Assembly (NCBI GenBank): GCA_964413545.1 | Contig: CAYPUM010000002.1 | Location: forward strand, 1-31,746 | Reading direction: 5' to 3' | Source of the DNA: an uncultured Roseibacillus sp. | GTDB lineage: Bacteria > Verrucomicrobiota > Verrucomicrobiia > Verrucomicrobiales > Akkermansiaceae | Length of the DNA: 31,746 nucleotides | Part shown: positions 26,465-31,746 of the stretch, in pieces | Position numbering within the stretch: position 1 is the stretch's first letter | Layout: each line of letters begins with the position of its first letter | Notes under the pieces: model-generated | Database searches by the model: none | The model's input: the letters and a program-made list of their open reading frames with translations, nothing else | What the model was told of the DNA's origin: nothing | Position numbers and translations under genes: made by a program

Positions 26465-27306
26465 AGTCGATGAATTCGTGCTGGTCGAGGAACCGGGCGT
26501 GTGGGGCGCGGACGATGACACCGACATCGAGTACATTCACCAGAGCATCCTTGACGTCAACAATCGGAGCATCGTGACCCCGGAGCAGATCGCGGAAGGC
26601 TGGCTGAAGCATATCGACGGGAACAGGTCCATCTGGGTCTCGAACCGGGCGGCGTTGAACCTCATGAGGAAGGGAATCCTGCCGCCCGGGACAAGCAATC
26701 CCGGGAACAACAAGGACTACGATCAGATCGACGCGCAGCTCACGACCGGGATCTTCGGGCTTTTCGCCCCCGCGCGGCCGGACGTGGCGCTGAAGATCGC
26801 GCACCTGCCCATCCGGACCACGGCGTTCACCAATGCCGAGTGGATTTCGGAGTTCTACGTGATCATGCACTCCCTGGCGTCCCGCGTCGATCCGAAGCTG
26901 GGCATGAAGGAAAAGACGTTCTGGCTGGCCGAGCGGGCGCGCAAGAGGCTCCCCGCCGAATCGTTCCCCGCGAAGATGTATGACTTCGTCAGGAACGAGT
27001 ATGACCGCAATCCCGACAAGGACGACTGGGAGAAGACGCGCGACGCGCTCCACAACAGGTACGTGGGCAAGGGCAAGGACACCGACGGATACAAATACAG
27101 GTGGCACATCGATGCCGGGATCAATTTCGGCGCCAGCCTGGTCAGCCGACGATTCGTTCGAGTTGATGGCCCGGCGCGGGTTGTTCGTCGTCGACCGGGT
27201 CGTGATCGAGGAGATGGGCGGCGGAGTCGACCTCGATAAGAACGTCTGGCACATCCCGAACCCGACAGCGGAGGTAAAGGAAGCGGAGTTCAAGGTGGCG
27301 AAATAG
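26465..27306 (+). pseudogene. ADP-ribosylglycohydrolase (ARH/DraG-like) pseudogene: 5'-truncated, with internal deletion/frameshift at ~27146
   Basis: Coding-like frame starts with no start codon right at the htpG stop; WGADDDTD metal motif, IDAQLTT, INFGASLVS; frame then switches to a second coding-like segment DSFELMARRGLFVVDRVVIEEMGGGVDL...stop 27306. Confidence 0.75.
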
Positions 27307-27439
27307 CCTCGCCGGCCGTGCCGGATGCCCTTCCCACGGGCTGGTCCCCACAAGGCGCCCCGCGCCCTCGGGTCGTGGGAGCCGGTGGCCGGTCAGGAAT
27401 GCCGCGAGCTTCAGGCGGGCTGTCGGCGCGGCGACCGTG

Positions 27440-27584
27440 TGGAGTGCGGCGGCAAGCGCAGCAGCTTGCCCGTCGTAGCCCGCAGGGCGAAGTCGGGGGA
27501 CGCCGCTCTGGAATGCTCATGCGCGCCCCCTTGCCCCAAAGCGCCGTCGCCGCTCGCCGAGGCTCGCGCTGCCGGCGCACTTCA
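27440..27584. repeat. REP/BIME-like inverted repeat pair with an internal extra hairpin
   Basis: TGGAGTGCGGCGGCA (27440-27454) vs TGCCGGCGCACTTCA (27570-27584), 13/15 complementary; GACGCCGCTCTGG (27499-27511) vs CCAAAGCGCCGTC (27536-27548), 11/13. Confidence 0.65.
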
Positions 27585-27663
27585 CGGGGCGCCGGTTTGA
27601 TCGCGGTGAAAGCGCCTTGACCGGAGCGGGGAGGGGATGAGGTTGTCGGCGCGGAGACGACTG

Positions 27664-28167
27664 ATGAAGATTGCGATCCTGAGCGACATCCACGACCGGC
27701 TGGACTATCTTGCCCTTGGCTTGGCGGCCGTCTCCGAGGAGGATGCCGGGCGGCTCTTCTTCCTCGGAGATTTCTGTGCGCCGTTCTCGCTGAAGGCGCT
27801 CGCGGAAGGCTTTGGCGGTCCGATCGATGTCGTCTTCGGCAACAACGACGGAGATGTCTACCTCCTGAGCGCGATGGCGGCGCAGTACGAGCACGTCACG
27901 CTGCACGGGATTTATGCCGAACCGGAAGTCGACGGCCGCCGCTTTGCGCTGTTTCACTATCCCGAGGTGGCGAGGCGGCTCGCGGAATGCGGGGCGTTTG
28001 CGGCTGTGTTCAGCGGGCATGACCATCAGCGCTACGCGCACCGGATCGGTTCGACCCTCTGGGCCAACCCGGGTGAGGTGATGGGGCGTGACGGCGCCCC
28101 CAGCGTGGGATTCTACGAGACCTCCACGGCGGAATTCAGGCACCGCATCCTCGACGGGAATCCTTGA
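27664..28167 (+). CDS. Metallophosphoesterase (YfcE/MJ0936-like)
   Basis: Start moved to ATG 27664; ILSDIHD, FLGDF, VFGNND, LFHYP, FSGHDH, NPGE. Confidence 0.93.
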   Translation: MKIAILSDIHDRLDYLALGLAAVSEEDAGRLFFLGDFCAPFSLKALAEGFGGPIDVVFGNNDGDVYLLSAMAAQYEHVTLHGIYAEPEVDGRRFALFHYPEVARRLAECGAFAAVFSGHDHQRYAHRIGSTLWANPGEVMGRDGAPSVGFYETSTAEFRHRILDGNP

Positions 28168-28182
28168 AGTCCAGAGGTCCTC

Positions 28183-28338
28183 ACAAACGAGCCAAGCTAT
28201 GGGCTGCAACGCCGGTGAACGACGACGGCGACGACTGCGCAGGATGGTGAGAAAGCCTCCCAATCGTCACCCGTAATCGCCGCCGTAATCGCCATCCGGT
28301 GCGGGCCCCGGCCTCGCTAACTGGCCGAGTCGTTCGGG
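28183..28338. repeat. Degenerate attC-like / palindromic element between convergent genes
   Basis: Ends AAACGA... and ...TCGTTCGGG; internal imperfect inverted repeat 28221-28236 / 28275-28290 (12/16); direct repeat CCGTAATCGCC at 28271 and 28283. Confidence 0.3.
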
Positions 28339-28748
28339 TAGAAGGCGGCTGGTTCCGTGTTGAGGACGCCGAATCGCTCGAGGGCGGCCTTGCGAACCCT
28401 CACGACCGACTCTCGAACCATCACCGGAAGCAGGCTTGCGGCGAGGCGCCGCCTCAGGGCGGGCGACTGTTTCTTGCCGGTCGTCGCGGGCGGCACGTCC
28501 TCGGGGCTGAGAATTGCGAGGATGCCAACGAGTGCGCTTCTCGAGCTGCGCCGCAAAGACGCCTCCAGTTCCTCGCGCATCCATCGCACGCAGAAGAGCC
28601 AGTAGCTTCTCTTTTCCTCGCGGCGTTCCCAGGAATCCACGATGTCCTCCCAGAAGGTTCGATTGTCACGGTACAGGATGGCGTCGGTGCGCCGCGCCTT
28701 GAACTCGACCGAGTCCAGCAGAAAGCGGAAATGGGTGGGAGGTTTCAT
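28317..28748 (-). CDS. Orphan hypothetical protein (143 aa)
   Basis: ATG preceded by AAGAAAGG SD-like motif and an AT-rich upstream patch; non-low-complexity, Trp-containing N-terminal half; no family recognised. Confidence 0.5.
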   Translation of the reverse strand: MKPPTHFRFLLDSVEFKARRTDAILYRDNRTFWEDIVDSWERREEKRSYWLFCVRWMREELEASLRRSSRSALVGILAILSPEDVPPATTGKKQSPALRRRLAASLLPVMVRESVVRVRKAALERFGVLNTEPAAFYPNDSAS

Positions 28749-29021
28749 GGGAGGGCCTTTCTTTTGTGTTCCTATGTCTGTATTTACTGTAACCGTAAGA
28801 CGCTCGGGGTTGTTTTCTATTCGACGGCGGGTCCGCCCGGCCCGGGAGACCCCGGGGAGAGGTTCCGCAAGTTCGCTTACGATAGGCGCGTTCGTGACGA
28901 AGGCGATGATCAGTTGGTTGCAGCACGCCGGGGCGTGTCGCCCGTTGTCACATCACACTACGATCGAGCGGTTGCAATGGATGTTCTTCCGTCGGGGCCT
29001 CGGAATCGTCAAGCAGACGTC

Positions 29022-30473
29022 CTACGGCGCAATCGTGGCTTCGAGTCTGAGGAAGCCCGCCCGGCCGGTCATGGGGAGAACGGCGCGGGCCAGACCGTCG
29101 GGGCCGGGGACCGGGGAGGCGGCAAAGGGGACGAGGTCCTCGAAAACGGACCCCGCGGCCGGAAGAAGCGTGTAGCGAGCGGAATCCGGGAGGCGGAGCG
29201 GGTAGGTTAGCTCGAGGGCCCGCCCGCCGTGGTGGTCAACGACCGCGGACCGCAGCTTGCCGCCGTCGGGCAGGGTGGGATTCAAACCAAGCGCGAATTC
29301 GATGCCCGCCGGCACGCCGTCGCGGTCGGAGTCGTCGGATTCCGGCCGGTCCGGCAGGCCGTATGCGGCGGCCCACGACGCAAACGACATGTCGATCTCG
29401 CTGGCCGGTTTCTCCAGCAGGCCGCCGAGGATCTCGGTGGTGGTCAGCGGCGGAATGCCGGCTTGGTAGGTGGCGTTGAATGCGTCGATGATGGCGTTGG
29501 CGATCAGGGCGTGGGCATTCGTGTTGGGGTGGAAGTTCGCGCTCAGCTCGCCGTTGAGCCAGACGTAGTCGAGGTCGCCGGTGGTCGATCCGGTGTTGAA
29601 GAACTGGATGCCGTCGATGCACAGCGGGTCGGGGTCCAGCAGGGCGAGCGTGGGGGTGAAGATGTCGGCGTATCCGACCCCCCGCGAGGCCGCGAGGGCT
29701 GCGAGGCGGGCGTTGAGATCGCGAAGCACGGCGGTGACGCGCCCCGTCTTCACCGGATCGGTCGGATGGAGTGATTGGACGTCCGGGGTGATGCCGGCGT
29801 GGGGGACGTTGACTGCCACCACTTCGAGGGCGGGATTCAACTCCTGCACGCGGTCGAGAATGACAGCGGCGTCGTCGAGGAAGTCGCTGACGAAGTTGTC
29901 CGCCGATCCGCCCTCGTAGATCGTTCCATAGACGCTGTTGATGTCGTTGCCGCCGATGAGAAGCGTGAGGCGGGTGGCCGTGTTCTGGATCTGGCTTTCC
30001 AGATCCGCCAGGGCAAACTCCGAATCGCCGATGCCGCCCAGTTCGAGGGCCGTCAGCAGGAGGCCGAAATCCGGGTTGCCGGCCAGCAACTCGGTAAAGC
30101 TCGAGGACCCGTCCACAAAGCGGCGCAGCTCGTCAATCTTCAGCCCGGGAATGGCCCAGTTGTAGTCGTGCCGGAAGAGGAAGGTGGTGAATCCGAACGG
30201 CCATAGCGTGAACAAACGGAACGTGTTCCGGTTGCCGAGGTCGAAGCGGTCCTTGCGGAAGGCCGGATCGTTCAGGATCTCGACCCAGTTGCGCACCTCC
30301 GGACCGAACCCGTCGCCGACGGTGCCGACCCCAAGCATGCGAACCCTGAATCCGAACTCCGCTTCGTATGCGAACGTCAGCGAGTCGCCGAGCGTGACGA
30401 TGTGCTCGCTCGCGGTGGCGGGGGCGGCCGTCAGGGCAAGCGACGCCAGCAGGGAAGAAGCGGCGCGGACCAT
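29022..30473 (-). CDS. Secreted SGNH/GDSL hydrolase with Verrucomicrobia-type C-terminal domain
   Basis: Start moved to ATG 30473 (signal peptide MVRAASSLLASLALTAAPATA); block I TLGDSLT, block II NWAIPG, block III LIGGND, block V NFHPN; tail SFASWAAAYGL...DDSDRDGVPAGIEFALGLNP...GFLRLEAT. Confidence 0.85.
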   Translation of the reverse strand: MVRAASSLLASLALTAAPATASEHIVTLGDSLTFAYEAEFGFRVRMLGVGTVGDGFGPEVRNWVEILNDPAFRKDRFDLGNRNTFRLFTLWPFGFTTFLFRHDYNWAIPGLKIDELRRFVDGSSSFTELLAGNPDFGLLLTALELGGIGDSEFALADLESQIQNTATRLTLLIGGNDINSVYGTIYEGGSADNFVSDFLDDAAVILDRVQELNPALEVVAVNVPHAGITPDVQSLHPTDPVKTGRVTAVLRDLNARLAALAASRGVGYADIFTPTLALLDPDPLCIDGIQFFNTGSTTGDLDYVWLNGELSANFHPNTNAHALIANAIIDAFNATYQAGIPPLTTTEILGGLLEKPASEIDMSFASWAAAYGLPDRPESDDSDRDGVPAGIEFALGLNPTLPDGGKLRSAVVDHHGGRALELTYPLRLPDSARYTLLPAAGSVFEDLVPFAASPVPGPDGLARAVLPMTGRAGFLRLEATIAP

Positions 30474-30617
30474 TCGCGAAGCATACCCCGCCTTCGCCGG
30501 TGCGTCCAACGGATCCTGGCGTGTCGCACCGTGGCAGGTCGTTGTGCCCCATCCCGAAGGGATCGGAGCCACTGGCCCGGGGGTTGTGGAGCGGAGCGGC
30601 GATACCCCGGGGGGAAC

Positions 30618-31025
30618 TTACTTCACGCGCCTCCAGGTGACGGTCTGTCCGAGCGCCGGGATGCCGAGATAGCCGCGCATCTTGAGTTTGTCCCGGCCTT
30701 CGAGCCAGAGGGCGCCCTTGTAGTCCTTCCCGTTGCGGGCGTCGTACAGCCGTCCGCCGACCCACTTGTCATTCTCCTTCCAGAACCCCTTCACGATCCG
30801 GAGTCCGATGAGCCTGTGCTTTCGCAAGGCGGGGTTCGGATCGCCGCCGTCCGGCGCGGCCCCGGGGCCCGCGACCTGACTGAGGTATCCGTTCAACTTG
30901 CCGTTCTCGACCTTCATCAGGAGACGGGCCTGCCCGTCCTCCTTCTCCCATTCGCCGACGATGGGATGGCTGGCGCCGGCAACGAGCGGCAAGAAGGCAA
31001 GGGAAATTGCAAGGAAACGAATCAT
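30618..31025 (-). CDS. DUF2147-like secreted protein
   Basis: Start moved to ATG 31025; signal peptide, PIVGEW, DPNPALRKHRLIGL.I, WVGGRLYDARNGKDY, LKMRGYLGIPALGQTVTWRRV. Confidence 0.88.
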   Translation of the reverse strand: MIRFLAISLAFLPLVAGASHPIVGEWEKEDGQARLLMKVENGKLNGYLSQVAGPGAAPDGGDPNPALRKHRLIGLRIVKGFWKENDKWVGGRLYDARNGKDYKGALWLEGRDKLKMRGYLGIPALGQTVTWRRVK

Positions 31026-31070
31026 CAGCGCTTTGTCGGAGGGCGGGGAGTGTGGGAGCGAAGCCCCGAA

Positions 31071-31085
31071 TGTCAAGACCTGACA
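31071..31085. promoter_or_regulatory. Back-to-back -35-like boxes TGTCA-AGACC-TGACA between divergent genes
   Basis: Minus-strand TTGACA (31076-31071) with CACACT 16 bp further; plus-strand CTGACA (31080-31085). Confidence 0.35.
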
Positions 31086-31130
31086 ATTGAGTTGGCTCGT
31101 CCCGTATCTCTTGATATAGGTAGGCGTGTT

Positions 31131-31334
31131 ATGGAGGAACAGGAGCGAAAATGTCGTCACTGCGGCGGGAAGATGACAGAGCCGAAGCCGATCACCGAGG
31201 GCGTTCGGGCCGGACAGACGAAGCGGATCTGCTTCAAGTGCGGCCACACCGAATACTTTGGCGAGAACGCCGGCGGGCTTCCCCCCGAATACATCCAGCG
31301 CCACCCGGAGGAGTTCGGTGGGCAGCAGCCGTAG
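31131..31334 (+). CDS. Small two-CxxC (zinc-ribbon-like) protein, 67 aa
   Basis: Terminal part of ORF-track 30402..31334; ATG 31131 after TAGGTAGG; CRHC and CFKC motifs. Confidence 0.65.
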   Translation: MEEQERKCRHCGGKMTEPKPITEGVRAGQTKRICFKCGHTEYFGENAGGLPPEYIQRHPEEFGGQQP

Positions 31335-31351
31335 CGAGGCAAGCCTCGGAC

Positions 31352-31428
31352 CAAGATGCAGGATGCAGGATGCAAGACGCAGGATGCAGGGAACACGGGG
31401 CTGCATCCTGAATCTTGCACCCTGCATC
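31352..31428. repeat. Inverted pair of heptamer tandem arrays (CAGGATG)n ... (CATCCTG)n
   Basis: CAAGATG, CAGGATG, CAGGATG, CAAGACG, CAGGATG (31352-31386); then CATCCTG, AATCTTG, CACCCTG (31404-31424). Confidence 0.8.
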
Positions 31429-31691
31429 AGGCAGGGCAACCTTGCTGCCGGAAAACTTGACTCATTTGTGACGACTTCCGGATTCCAAGGATTCTAGCCC
31501 GCGGGAAAGTCAGGACACCCGCCGGGAGAGCGGACGCCCACAGGGCGGAACAAGGCGCTCTCCCGGCTTCTCCAGCACGCAATGGCGTGCGGTTGGACCG
31601 GGCCGCCATCCCGGCACTCGCGTGTTCCCGTTCGGAACACCATTGCCCGGCCTCTCCGGCACGCGATCGACGGCGCCTCAAAATCAGCAAC

Positions 31692-31746
31692 TAGGCCCGC
31701 AGGGAATCGAACCCCGATCTGTGGAACCGGAATCCACCGTTCTATC
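31692..31746 (-). tRNA. tRNA-Arg(CCG), 5' end cut off by the window
   Basis: Reverse complement reads GATAGAACG-GTGGA-TTCCGGT-TCCAC-AGAT-CGGGG-TTCGATT-CCCTG-CGGGCCT-A; anticodon CCG at 31730-31728; no encoded CCA. Confidence 0.93.

Noticed and set aside
26433-27239. Intact 268-aa gene as given in the ORF track
   Set aside because: Its start lies inside htpG in another frame and its last ~30 residues are frameshift read-through; better read as a pseudogene
28749-28952. 68 open codons in frame upstream of the orphan ORF
   Set aside because: No start codon in the extension, and an SD-like motif sits just before ATG 28748; open frames of this length are common at this GC content
30618-31439. 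273-aa version of the DUF2147 ORF
   Set aside because: The N-terminal extension runs through the heptamer repeats and antisense to the CxxC gene; the signal peptide starts at 31025
31500-31520. RNase P RNA, suggested by GGGAAAGTCAGGACACC
   Set aside because: Only ~190 nt are available before the tRNA, and the other conserved rnpB segments (AGTGCAACAG, ACAGAACCCGGCTTA) are absent
31562-31664. CRISPR array from the 19-nt direct repeat
   Set aside because: Only two imperfect copies, shorter than typical repeats, 84-bp period, no cas genes
93-31690. The many long overlapping ORFs in the track (e.g. 1857..3977 -, 5777..7381 -, 7422..9260 -, 11748..14120 +, 16294..18144 -, 17450..19705 -, 21270..22865 -, 28299..29210 +)
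   Set aside because: Arg/Pro/Gly-rich shadow frames of clearly recognisable genes; expected in high-GC DNA where stop codons are rare

Overview
GC-rich bacterial chromosomal window. The gene set (PVM-type microcompartment locus, secreted proteins with a Verrucomicrobia-like C-terminal domain, REP-like repeats) suggests a member of the Verrucomicrobiota; this is an inference. In order: (1) a divergent FecR-domain + outer-membrane barrel / CHASE2 adenylate cyclase module, followed by DUF3307 and a stand-alone cNMP-binding protein; (2) HAD phosphatase, guaB, guaA; (3) an RHH/PIN (VapBC-type) toxin-antitoxin pair right after guaA; (4) a ~12.7 kb methylpentose (rhamnose/fucose) catabolic locus in two divergent operons, DeoR-sugar kinase-lutABC (minus) and pduL-BMC-H-BMC-H-ackA-BMC-H-BMC-P-aldehyde DH-BMC-P-BMC-P-class II aldolase-LDH/MDH-family dehydrogenase (plus); (5) proA, an FHA membrane protein, htpG; (6) an accessory stretch with a doubly deleted ADP-ribosylglycohydrolase pseudogene, nested REP-like palindromes, a metallophosphoesterase, an attC-like element next to an orphan ORF, an SGNH hydrolase, a DUF2147-like protein, a 67-aa two-CxxC protein, inverted heptamer arrays, a hairpin-rich spacer and a 5'-truncated tRNA-Arg(CCG). 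The most interesting lead is the redox logic of the BMC locus: no alcohol dehydrogenase, a co-regulated NAD-independent LutABC, and an 'LDH' carrying malate-dehydrogenase specificity residues. All family assignments come from motif recognition; no database searches were run. Many start codons were moved downstream from the ORF-track starts.
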